From Asterias rubens (lineage: Eukaryota): a stretch of DNA of 64,000 nt. Below the pieces are notes generated by a model, which had not been told where the DNA came from, did not search any database, and saw nothing but the letters and a program-made list of their open reading frames with translations. The stretch's first letter is position 1. Every line of letters begins with the position of its first letter. The stretch covers positions 8,122,001 through 8,186,000 of the forward strand of contig NC_047066.1 of NCBI RefSeq assembly GCF_902459465.1, read 5' to 3'. The translations under genes and the position numbers were made by a program. Below are positions 51,629-62,910 of the stretch, piece after piece.

Positions 51629-51706
51629 AAAATGATTTGCATCGGCATTTGTGTAGCAGTCTTAGTAATCATTCTCGTCATTGTTCTATTATCAACGCTA
51701 ACTTAA
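51629..51706 (+). CDS. STX1A: Alternative terminal TM exon 10b: KMICIGICVAVLVIILVIVLLSTLT*
   Basis: ttttctttgttcctgcag|AAA ATG ATT TGC...TAA; phase 0; 24-residue hydrophobic anchor. Confidence 0.85.
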   Translation, partial: KMICIGICVAVLVIILVIVLLSTLT

Positions 51707-51749
51707 GAGGGCGCTTTCCATAAATCTCCTTTCATGTTACTACAGCCCT

Positions 51750-52135
51750 TTTCAAAACTATGGCTTCAGCTTCGCCTAGGACTTTTAAGCCCGGTTCATA
51801 CTTCCTGTGAATGCAAATCCGAAGCCAATTTTGACATAACAAATTCACAATGCATAATTCGCATCATCAGTTGACTTGTGCTCAACTCCTGCGAAACATT
51901 CGCTGCAAAAACGGAGCTGTGACTTCAGAATTCGATTCGCGTTCGCATTCGCAAGGAAGTATGCACCAGGCTTTAGGCTTCTCCAATGACTTAGGCTTCA
52001 CCTATGGCTTAGGCTTCCCCTATGGCTTAGGCTTCTCCTACGGCTTAGGCTTCTTCTGCCTGTTTGCAGCATCGCAGAAATAACTGACAGACCATCAGAG
52101 TCAGAGCCGAAGCTGAAGCTGTAGTTTTCGAAAAA
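51750..52135. mobile_element. MITE with 18-bp internal repeats and a nested MITE (51788-51972, TTA TSD) in the exon-10b 3' UTR
   Basis: caaaactatggcttcagcttc / gaagctgaagctgtagttttcg TIRs; ttaggcttc-n3-tatggc repeats. Confidence 0.7.
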
Positions 52136-54897
52136 TGGCCTATTGACCCATTGTATAGCACGCAGTGCAATTACATGTACCAGGACCCAATTTCATAGAG
52201 CTGCTTAACAGTAAGCAAAAAGGTGTAAGAGTATTTCATAGCTTAGGGCATTACGCCTATGGTTGTTAACTCTTGTCAGGTTGTCAAGTGTAGAAGTGTT
52301 CCAGGGCGCAATTCCATATTTTAGCCCTGGCGTCAAAATTTGCTCTTAGAGATATCTTCCTTAGTAGAAACATGTGCCAAAACTTTGGTAAGCGCAACAA
52401 AATTGCTTATCACAGAAATGTAGTTTACACACACATTGGCAAATTTTCATCACATATAGTACAAATAGTACACATAATTTGTTCAGCTGATAATCTGTTT
52501 CTGCCGTATTTTTCTATCATCCTTAAGCAACTATTTCTGCAAAACAGTTTCATGGCATTTTGCACTTTCTGCCACTTTGCACATCTTGAAAGCCATTTCA
52601 TTGGGAAAGAAAATTCTGGTTGCATTTCCGCACCCATATTGTTTTTAATATGGATATTAGGTTGTATCGTAAACCTGGGGGTGTCCCTGGTCACTCGACA
52701 GCTAAAGGTTACATGGCTTCTGACTGCCACCTCCCCCGAACAAAGATATTGACTAATAGGGAGATATCTAATATTAGGGATGGATAGCTGAGTTGGTAGA
52801 GGGCCGGTATGTTAATCCGAAGGCCATTCATTAAAGTCCCGACCTCAGTCAGTCAATTGTTCTTTATTCAAACCCAAACTAAAAACAATATTTCTGCTTA
52901 CACAAAACATTAGATTGGGTGCTTTGGGCAACAACAAAAAAACATTTGTCAGAAATGGAAATGGTGGGAAAGATGTTTTAAAAGTAGAATATAATGATTC
53001 ACACAGATATTCCTAAAAGTTGTAAGGTTTTTCCTTTTATAAATCCACCTTTTTGTAGCATAACATCTTTGACGCCACAAAATGGCGCCAAAACTCGAGA
53101 CAATGAAGCAGTTTGCTATTAGGTTTTTTTCTTTAATAACATTTCTGTGTAAAGTAGTTGAAAGGGCTCAGGTTTGTCAAACTAATCTAATCCAAAAGAA
53201 AACAAATATTTCGCCCTTAAATCAGAAGAACAAATGTTGGAAAGTGGCCTGTTATTACCGGCAGAAAAAAACCATACATACTCTACCCAACAGTGTTTTC
53301 TTGTATATATATTTTTTATCGCCTGATATAAATTACCTGTCACTGTCAGGATGCTATATAAAATACCTATTTACTATTTATTATGTAATGTATTTTTCAA
53401 TTATTTTTTTCAAATCACCTGAATTCCAGTAGTAGCCAGTGGTATTTCCTAATGATTGCCTCTTGAGTGATACATTTAATCAAAATTTCTTCCTTGTGTA
53501 AACTCTTTTACAACCACTGTTGCTTTGCGTTTTGAACCTAAAAGGCCCAGGGGTCGATTTCACAAAGAGTTAGGACTCGTCTTATCTCGAGTTAGGACGA
53601 GTAACTCGTCCTAACTTAGGATTAATCTTAAGGTCTGCATGCTACAGTGCAGGGTTGGGACTTGTGTTAAGTCCTAAGATTAGTCCTAAGTTAGGAAGAG
53701 TTTGGTGAAATCGACGGCAGCTTGTTTAACTTTTTTCAAAATTCAATATTAGAAAAAGTATCTTGCAGGTTTCTGTTGCCTTGGTACATTACATCCCAAA
53801 GCCAATAGTATATCTTGAGTCTTAATGCCCTCTCATGATAACATGAATATTATGGGTCGTACATGTATGATTGATGACTCTTCTTGAGTACATAAGAAAG
53901 ATTATCCATGTATGGCACTTTGGGAATACATAAAATTGATCCGTACATGTACGACCTTGGCAATGAAAGAGTTAAAGAGGAAGGGAAATGTCTACTTCAA
54001 TTTGATGGTGTACTCATTTTCTAGTAGATAGAGTCCTTGTATGAGTGGGGAAAATTGAAAAGCCGCTAACCTCACTTTAAAATGGTGCAAATTGCCATGA
54101 AATTCAATACCCTTCCGGTGCAAATTTTGTCAACATTAAAAATATCCGACTACATTCTGAGAAAAGCGGGTCTTTACAATTTTGCACGGTGATGTTTTTG
54201 TTCTTTCCTTACCTTTTTTCAGTGTGACGTTTGCAACCTGACGTCATTGGATGTCAACAACTAATGGGTCTTAACATTTTCAAGGAGGAATTTTTCCTCC
54301 GTCTAAATGTCAACTTCAAGGCTGTTTTGATAGAATATCATCAAAAGTCACCACTGAACCAAAACATCCCGTACAAAAAATGTACAGACCCATTTTTCTT
54401 AGAATATGTCATAGGATTTTTTGGATGTTGACAAATTTTCCCCTGGAAGGTTACTGAATTCAGTAGCAATTTTCACCATTTTAATGTGACTTGTAATTTT
54501 TCACAACTTTTTTTAAACATCTATTCCATCATGCGTAACCCAATTGTATGCCAGCAAAAATATTACTTAAGGATTTTTGTCTAGTCCCAGTCGGGAAGCA
54601 TAATTCATGTGAGTTGATGACAGTTTGTAGACTAATTATTTTGTATTGATATTTCCATTCTACCTTACTGTGCAGATTAGAAAAATAAATGTTCATACTA
54701 TGGAAATGTAATTAGAGGCGATGTTTATTGGAAAATTAGGTAATATTTAAAGTGACATTTGTTTCATACCTGATATAATTATTTAACATTTTAATTATAT
54801 ACCTTCAGTAATATCTTTCAGAGAAAGTACAATTTACCTACTATTTTTTGGTTGTCAAGTTATGGGAAACAAGAAACTCAAGTTAATTTAAGTACTA

Positions 54898-55288
54898 CAG
54901 GCCTGGAATTTCAATTTGAGAGGGGCACTTTCATAGGAAAATCTTAAAGTCTATGGGAAACTTCTAAAGGGGCACCAAAGCCAAGACCAGGGCCCAATTT
55001 CATAGAGCTGCTAAGCACACAAATTTGCTTAGCATGAAATTTCTTTCTGGGTAAAAACATGATTACAACCAAAATTTCCGCATGATTTTCAGGATAAGCA
55101 AACAACAGCTAAATACCAGTAACAAGCAATGAGCAACAAATGGAAATTTGGTTGGTAATCCTGTTTTAATCCATGAACAAAGTTCTTGCTTAGTAATTTT
55201 TTTATTTTTGTGCTTAGCAGCTCTATGAAGTTGGGCCCAGGGCAACAGAGGCCATGGTCTCCGTAGCCTCCGTGAAATTCCAGGACTG
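54898..55288. mobile_element. Family D MITE interrupted by a family C MITE (54991-55237, CAG TSD)
   Basis: Host ccaagac-CAG-ggcaa is split: CAG|GGCCC...GGGCC|CAG. Confidence 0.88.
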
Positions 55289-55981
55289 ATAAAAAAAAGA
55301 GGAACACGTTAGTTTTATTTCTTCTAATCAACTAATTTTAAACCTGCCCAACCACTATATATTTTTTATAAGGCAAGGCATAACAATATAATTAACTGTG
55401 GATTACAATTAAGTACAAAATATATGTCTCTGCTCATATTTTAAAGTTGTCCAGGAGCTATTATGAGTAAGTCATTAAATATTTTTGGGGAAATTTAAGA
55501 TTTCACAGATATCGGAGATAATATTTCACAGATATCTGAGAGATATATTCTGCTACAAAGGGTCAAAAGGTCATGAACTATTAATCTGCATCTGGGGGAT
55601 AGAAGATGTAAGTTTCTAATTTTGTAGATAAGAGTAATGTGAATTTTAGAGCTTTTGCTTGTTCTTTTGAATTGATTGTTTATAATTCAGTCAACAAAAA
55701 CTCTGCTCAGAGTTCACAAGTACATGTAAAACAAAATAAAACACTCTAGCGTAGACCGCTATTTGGTTCTCCACTAGAACAATATTTGATGCGTCTGTAT
55801 GTCTGATTAAGAATGGTAATACTTTTATCTGTCTACTTGTATCATCACCTATTTTTTGTTTAAAGCACCGTCATCATTTTTTTTTCCAAATGCACTATCA
55901 GTAATGTTTTCAAAAGTCATTGGCACTGATTTTGCACATATCTCATCCAATCAGGCCTCAAGCTAGATATTATAAGTTATC

Positions 55982-56339
55982 ACACAAGCGCGAGTGGAAT
56001 ACAGAAAAATATAGCGCTTCTGCGTCCTTGGATATGGGACGCAGACGCGCTATATTTTTTTCGTATTCCACGAGCGCGCGTGTTACAACAAATTTATCTT
56101 CCAGTCTCACGTGCAACTCGCAAAGTTTAAAATTTCAGAACGTTATTTCACGACGAAGTGCACAAAGTTTAGAACGTAATTTTTGTGGTCTAAGCGTGAC
56201 GCATTGACCTTCACAATACGCACTCTGTAATAAAAAGAGAGGAAGTAGTATATAAAACAGAGGAAGTAGTATATATGTTTTTATCCCCTTGGTAGTTCGA
56301 GCAACTGATTGGTGGATTAGCGCATACTGGAAGATAAAT
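55982..56339. mobile_element. Bipartite element: hairpin (55982-56083) plus a segment bounded by a 14-bp IR (56092-56339)
   Basis: atttatcttccagt/actggaagataaat; gtggaatac...tatagcgc-tctgcgtcc / ggacgcaga-gcgctata...gtattccac. Confidence 0.65.
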
Positions 56340-57163
56340 ATTGATATCAATAATATTTCATTCATCTTTTCATATTCATTCATTCATTTGTTTATTGGTG
56401 ACATGGATTAAACGACAGGAATTTTTTCCTACTGCACTTTGCACAAACATTAACAGTCCTGTATGCTTCATTTTTGAAAAGGCAAGGGCACCAAGGCATT
56501 TTCTCTTTGACAAAGGGCACCCTATGAGGAAATTGTAAATTTCTACAGGAGCATTTCAAGGGCACCAAGGCAATGGCAAGGGGCAACGGAGGCAATCGCC
56601 TCCGTTGCCTCCGTGAAGTATCAGGCCTGCATTAAGTATCTCACCAAATAATCACAATATCAATACTTAAATAGCTTCTCAAGTGTAAACATTTTAACAA
56701 GAGTGCTAGATCATTTAATTTTTTTTTTTTACAAACTAGCTTTACTTGGAGGGGCGCTTCAAAATAACAATACTCGGCCACTTTTTCTACCGCATGGTTT
56801 TTTTTCCATAAATTTGTTATCTTCTGGATTGAAACTGTAAAGTCTTACAAATGACCTTCATTGGATTCTTGATTATGTTGTCAAAATTTATTGCACGCTT
56901 CAGTCCTCTTTGTGTCTTTTTCAAAGTTAAATGAAATTTGTTGGGGTTTATGATCGTGTTTTTACATAATATTCATCTAAAAATGTGCATTGCCTGGAAA
57001 CTTTTTTTTATGGCATTCTTTTAATTTGATGTCAGTACTTCAATTTATTTGGAGGAGGAAATTGTTATTGCTAGTATTTTTGGTTGTCTTCATTTTTGTG
57101 AAGTCATTTTGTTCGGGTATTGAACTGTTTGTGCAACTGCACCATTTGCATGTAAAGAACCAA

Positions 57164-57639
57164 GGCCCAATTTTATGAAGCTGCTTAAAGGCACGTACAC
57201 ATTTGTTAATTGTCAAAGACCAGTGTTCACACTTGGTGTATCCCATCATAAGCATAAAATAACCAGCCTGTGAAAGTTTTGGCTCAATTGGTCATCAAAG
57301 ATGCGAGAAAATGATGAAAGAAAAAACACCCTTGTTGGACGAATTTGTGTGCTTTCAGATAGGAATAAAAGACTTCTAGCTAGAAGTCTTTTAATATTTT
57401 AGTGAGAAATTACCTCTTTCTCAAAAACTACGTTACTTCAGAGGGATTCGTTTCCCACAATGTTTAATACTATCAACAGCTCTCCAATGCTCGATACCAA
57501 GTCAGTTTTTAACAAATAAACAAACCAAGAAACCAGTCATAGATTTAATGCATATATGGCATGGCGTTTCACCTGGTAAACTTATTTTTGTTGTGCTAAT
57601 TATACCTCATGTTCTTAAGCAGCTCTATGAAATTGTGCC
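57164..57639. mobile_element. Family C MITE with a family-A-related element inserted at its TTAA (from 57189)
   Basis: ggcccaattttatgaagctgc|TTAA|aggcacgtacac...; right TIR gcagctctatgaaattgtgcc. Confidence 0.7.
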
Positions 57640-59977
57640 CATGGCTGTAAATAAGAAAATTATGTTTTTAATTTTGTACAGTATTGTCTTACTTTGGCGT
57701 CTTATGTTATAAACATATCTTGTATACACACATATCTTGTCATCATTATGTGTTGGTGTCATTTTTTTGTCTGGGTTAGCAGTGATATCTGTCGGGTATT
57801 TGGTGACCATTTAGTAGACCTATATGATGATGCAATTATTGACCACTTGCACAGCGCGAAAAACTTCTCCACACAATGCGCGTCCATTATTATTTTCACC
57901 ATTTTGGGAGTCAATTCCTTTGTGTACATTTTGACTCCCAAAATGGCGCACAGGTTAGGAGCAGAGAAGTTTACTGAGCTTTGTGACACTCAAAAAGGTG
58001 CCAGACTATTTGTTGACCCCCAGCCTCGATTTGGGTTACATTTGGTTGGAATGATTGCATCATGATAGTGATCTACATTGAGGACTGAGGCAATAGACCA
58101 GGTACTCCAAGCATGATCAAAACGTTAACTACAATTTGCAATGTTGTAACATGCATGGAAGTTCTTAGTCTTGACCCAAGATGTCAGTGATCGATAATGG
58201 ACAGTGTACAACCACATTACACTATCCACTATTGACCAGTGACGACTTGGGCTAGGATAGGAAGTAAGTGCCTGGCCTTAGTCCTGTATAGCATTTTTCA
58301 TTAGGCTTTGGTTCAATCCGTATTATCCATTTTGGAGCAGTCTGTGTTTTACTGGCTTGCTCAGCATCAAATGTATACTGAAGCTGGAGTCATTCCAAGC
58401 CAAGGTTTGAAAAAGCTCCTTTTCTGGGAATCTTGTATCAGTCATTACCACAGGTGAAACATTCTGGAACAATGGTTTCAACCACTCTTGTTTTTTCTTT
58501 GTTAAATGAGCATCAAGTAATCATTTTCAAAATTGTTAATTGCCAGTGTATTCCAATGAAATATCACACACAAAAAGTTTTTAAATGGTTCTCATCGAAT
58601 AAGTCATGATCGCACTTTAGTACATGTATACCCAAGGACCAGGGCCCAATTCCATGGCTCTGCTTACTGCCAAATTCTGTGCTTACAATCATCATTCTTC
58701 ACTTGCGCAAGTGCAAGCGCGGAATTTCTGCGCTAGCTGTGTAAGCGTAAAATGCCTAGTTACATCGTTCAAAGTGGTCCGCTTCTTAACTTTGAATGGA
58801 AGGGGGCTTAAAGATACTAGCACCATTATAATAGTCTACTGAGGGTCAATTGCACTTATTTTTTTTCCAAAGAAACTTATCAATTGAAATTTGAATTCTT
58901 GATTTGAAAAGATAAGCAGACCTTACAGAGTGTATGTACAACTTACATTGTTTTGTTCACATTTGTCTGTTGTGTAATTCTCTTGAATTTGTTTTATTCT
59001 AAATTAATGTGTAATTGTTTGTATGTATAGTCTTCATAAAGAAAGAAATGTTCTTCTTTGTGTCGAAGAGTTAATCTCATTTTCTATATGCTTGTATAAA
59101 TTTGTTCAGACCCAAAATATTACGGTTCTGGCGCAGCTAGTATAGCAGAAATAAGCAAGAGCGGTGAGCGAATACTTGACCAGAGCTGCGACGTGTAGCT
59201 CTCGAATTAACCATCTTGACCATGTTCCAGTGCATGGTTCGAAATAGTCAATCTCCCTGTGCTCTATGGTTTCTGGTTATAGTCTAGTCGGTCTAGTAGC
59301 CACCCGAACTTGCTCAATAACAAACTGGAGTTTAAAAAAAATTAAAAAAATCCTTTTTAAATTTCCGATACAAAAGTGTTGTTTTTGTGTTTGTATTTTT
59401 CTTATGTTTTTTTTTTCTCTTTTGTGTGTGTTTGTTGTCACCCAGACTATTCCCATACGCTCTGTAACTGTTTTCTAAAATATCTTTGATGTAAACAAAC
59501 ACATCAGATTCAGAAGAATCTGGGAAATCTTATCATTGATTATGTTGTTTCTTCCAGCTTATATAGCAAAATGAAATTTTTTTAGATGAAAATTTTTAAT
59601 TAAATTGCAATTTATAGTCAAAAATATGAATTTCTTTATTTTCAAAGTCTCCTTTCACGTATGTAATTCTTCCAGGTTTTTTATTGAAATTTTTAAAAAT
59701 TTTGTTTTCATCATCATCAAACCTACCTTGAAACTCCTTTTCCCATCAACTTTCCACGTCTTGAAACCCACAAGTGGCACACACTTCTTTAAAAGAACAA
59801 CTATAAATATAAATATAAATAGTAGACTTGCAGGGCCAACACTCCCTCAAAAGAGATTTTACACAAGCCTACGATTTATATTTGTATCTAGAGTTATTCT
59901 TATTCTTCACAACATGCAAAGCTTCAAACACCATTTACACTTCTTAATGTTTCACTCTAACTTTTTGTCCTCCACAG

Positions 59978-60064
59978 AAAAAGATATGCATCTTGATATG
60001 CTGTGGAGTTCTCATTTTGGTGATAGTCATTTTGGTAGCATCTTTGGTTCCTACTTTGGGGTAA
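59978..60064 (+). CDS. STX1A: Alternative terminal TM exon 10c: KKICILICCGVLILVIVILVASLVPTLG*
   Basis: ctctaactttttgtcctccacag|AAA AAG ATA TGC...TAA; CTAAC branch 18 nt upstream; phase 0; paralogous to 10a. Confidence 0.9.
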   Translation, partial: KKICILICCGVLILVIVILVASLVPTLG

Positions 60065-60167
60065 ACCATCACATCACTTCTCTACTAGGAATCTACCTCC
60101 AAAGGATCTAGGAGGGGGCTACGGTGTGCACTTACCACGGGTTGCATGTCGGTTGCACTTCATAACG

Positions 60168-60510
60168 GGGCACAATTTCATAGAGATGCTTAAAGGCACT
60201 GGACACTTTGGTAAATGTCAAAGACCAGTATTCTCACTTGGTGTATCTCAACATATGCATAAAATAACAAACCTGTGAAAATTTGAACTCAATCGGTCGT
60301 CGAAGTTGCGAGATAATAATGGAAGAAAAAACACCCTTGTCACACAAAGTTGTTTGCTTTCAGATCCTTGATTTCTAGACCTCAAATTCTAAATCTGAGG
60401 TCTCGAAATTAAATTCGTGGAAAATTACTTCTTTCTCGAAAACTTCATTACTTCAGAGGGTGCTGTTTCTCACAAACCTGTGAACACTTGGGCTCAATTG
60501 GTCATGGAAG
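60168..60510. mobile_element. Family C TIR followed at the same TTAA by a family A element (from 60194)
   Basis: gggcacaatttcatagagatgc|TTAA|aggcactggacac. Confidence 0.75.
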
Positions 60511-60916
60511 TTGCGATGAGAATACTTTCACAAAGAGCTAAGATTTGTCTAAACTGTGTAACACTGGTAATAACTCTTAGCAATGTGTGATGTCACACCA
60601 CAAATCACTATGGTGATACTGACAACTCATCTTAAAATGAATCTTAGAGTTGTGTGAAATCAAGCACTGGTTGTTGTCGATCAAACTATCCTATTATTTT
60701 GTGGTATACTTCTACTCCGATTGGAGCCCTCTTAGGATGTCGGTTAATCCTCTGTCAGGATACCATGAAGTGACAAAGACCAACAATAGTAGCATTTTGT
60801 GCTTCACAAGAATCATTTTGAGCAACTTAGAAACATATGCAATGGGAACTTTTGGACACAAGGTGGCAGCAGACTTACCAAGTAAATCCATTGTTCCTGG
60901 TAATGTGCGAATGCTC

Positions 60917-61198
60917 CATAGAGTTATATATAAGAACTAGAGGGCGCACTGGTGATGCTGCTGCACAAACACGACGGGACCGCAAGGAGACACGCACGCA
61001 GCATCTGTATGCGCATTGTATATGAAGTACACCTTGGATTTTGTGTTTATTGAATGCTACGCGATGCTATTTTGTCAACTTGCACAAACACACGCTGTAC
61101 GATGCTGTTTTTGTCAACTTGGAAAATGGCCGCATGCAAGCATGTCGGGCAGCGTCTATAGGCCAATGCGCCCTCTAGTTCTTATATATAACTCTATG
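60917..61198. mobile_element. hAT-type MITE (partial copy at ~44120-44296)
   Basis: ~30-bp TIR CATAGAGTTATATATAAGAACTAGAGGGCGCA; 8-bp TSD GAATGCTC at 60909-16 and 61199-206. Confidence 0.9.
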
Positions 61199-62215
61199 GA
61201 ATGCTCATAAATACGTAAACAAGGAAAATTTATCAGGTAAGTCTGCTGCGCCTAGTTCTCTAAAGTCTCTCAGTGTTTTGAAAGAAATGGAAATCAACTG
61301 AAACTGGATCCTCTCCTTGGTACTCTGGCGCCCTCTATGGTTGAGATGCCTTGGAGTATCAAGGTGCTATTTGAGAGATACTAAGCTTTGTGCAAACTTT
61401 CAATTTATCTGCCAAGTAATAATGGGGATTATTGAGTCCCATGGATCTTTGTTGAAGAGTTCTTTGTTGGGATCTGGCACCCTCTCAATCAGTTTTAAAA
61501 GCAACTGACAGTTTTAAGAACTGCAAATGCACAACAATAAAAAAAAACCATAAGTTTCACTGAGTATTTATTTTTGCAGTTGCAGCAGCATAACATGGCA
61601 ACTTAGCAAGATAGATCTGTGCTTAGTAAATTCCTGAATATGTAACTAGATGGGCAGTACCTCTGGATACCTACTTACAAGTTTGAAAGCTTAAGAACTA
61701 CTAAGCGTTTTACATTCCGCCACCTGTAGCTGTTTCAATGACATTTGTTTTGATTCAGCCACATTTGTATAAAAGTTAATTTCTCTGTAAATTGAAATGC
61801 TTGTAAATTGTGTACCTAGTCTAGACAGTAAACCAGGGCCCACTTTCATGGCACTGCTCAGCGGTGTCCTGTGTGTGATTCTTTTGGCCAAACTCGGTGC
61901 CAAGCAGAACTGCCATGAAATTTGGCTCTGAATGCTAATTATAGTGAGAATAATTGAAATTCTTTTTTAATGAGAGAATAATGGGTTATCAAAGAATGAC
62001 GATTTTAATTAAATTTTCTCCTGAATCTGTCATTTCATTTGAAAGGTCTATTGACAAATCTCATACTTAATCAATCAGCTTGTGATGCTTAAAATGAAGA
62101 TATGTATTTGTGGTTAAATGTGAAAGACTTTGAAGTGTAAAGCTCTCAGCAGTACAGTGTGGGACTTGTTCGGTAGTGACCACTTCACGTAGAGCAATAG
62201 TGACAGATTATTCCC

Positions 62216-62479
62216 TAGTCTTGGGCCAAGACTATGGTGCTTGATTCTGGATAGTGTACTACGCGCGGTTGAATCGCCAAAGCGCGCCCGTCACGGTATG
62301 ATTTAGTTACGTGGACGGCTTGAAATCTAGACTACGTAGCTTGAAGAGTGCTTGCAGAGTTTAAGGCCCTAGAGGGAAGCAAAAGGGGATAAGGCCGTGT
62401 TTCCGAACCGCGCTTTGGCGATTCAACTGCGCGTAGTACACTTTCCAGAATCAAGCACCATAGTCTTGCCCCAAGACTA
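62216..62479. mobile_element. Long-TIR (~70 bp) MITE with TA ends
   Basis: tagtcttgggccaagactatggtgcttgattctgga...aatcgccaaagcgcg mirrored at the right end. Confidence 0.85.
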
Positions 62480-62847
62480 ATTACTCCCTAGAAGATTGAG
62501 GGAAAATGATAAGTAATGTTTTAGGATTCATTTTGTACCTTTATCGGGTCAGGTCTGTATCATATCAGTCAAGTTTTTTTCAGTGCAATTACTGTTTCCA
62601 TTATTGACCCCGATTCACCTGAGGTCAATAGCACAATAATCTTGGTTGCGCCATTTTGGGAGTTATTGTCCCCGTGTGTTATGTGATGCTTACTTTAGGA
62701 GTGGAAGTATTTACACGCTTATCGTAATTTCTACGTGCAATTTGGAAACACAGACATTGGGTATCAGACATTTGGTACTTTCAATTGCTTAGGCTGTGTC
62801 CGAAAGGGCGACTTTGGTTACAGCTACGGCTAGGCTACAGCTACGGC

Positions 62848-62850
<3 letters not shown>

Positions 62851-62878
<28 letters not shown>

Positions 62879-62910
62879 AGAACTTTATTATCCCACACTG
62901 GGGAAATTAA
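62851..62910 (-). mobile_element. (ATAAG)6 plus a 30-nt LINE-like 3' tail inserted in a MITE
   Basis: Reverse complement ttaatttccccagtgtgggataataaagtt(cttat)6. Confidence 0.55.

Noticed and set aside
52777-52885. tRNA gene
   Set aside because: B-box and acceptor stem are degraded and a dispersed copy exists at 33.8 kb, so it is treated as a SINE.
57050-57120. RRKLLLLVFLVVFIFVK hydrophobic stretch
   Set aside because: No phase-0 AG acceptor in front of it.
57653-57712. KKIMFLILYSIVLLWRLML* resembling the human KKIM TM exon
   Set aside because: The only acceptor is aataag with no pyrimidine tract, right after a MITE end; the hydrophobic run is short and contains Arg.
59605-60111. 168-aa ORF
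   Set aside because: AT-rich chance ORF crossing exon 10c out of frame; no recognisable homology.
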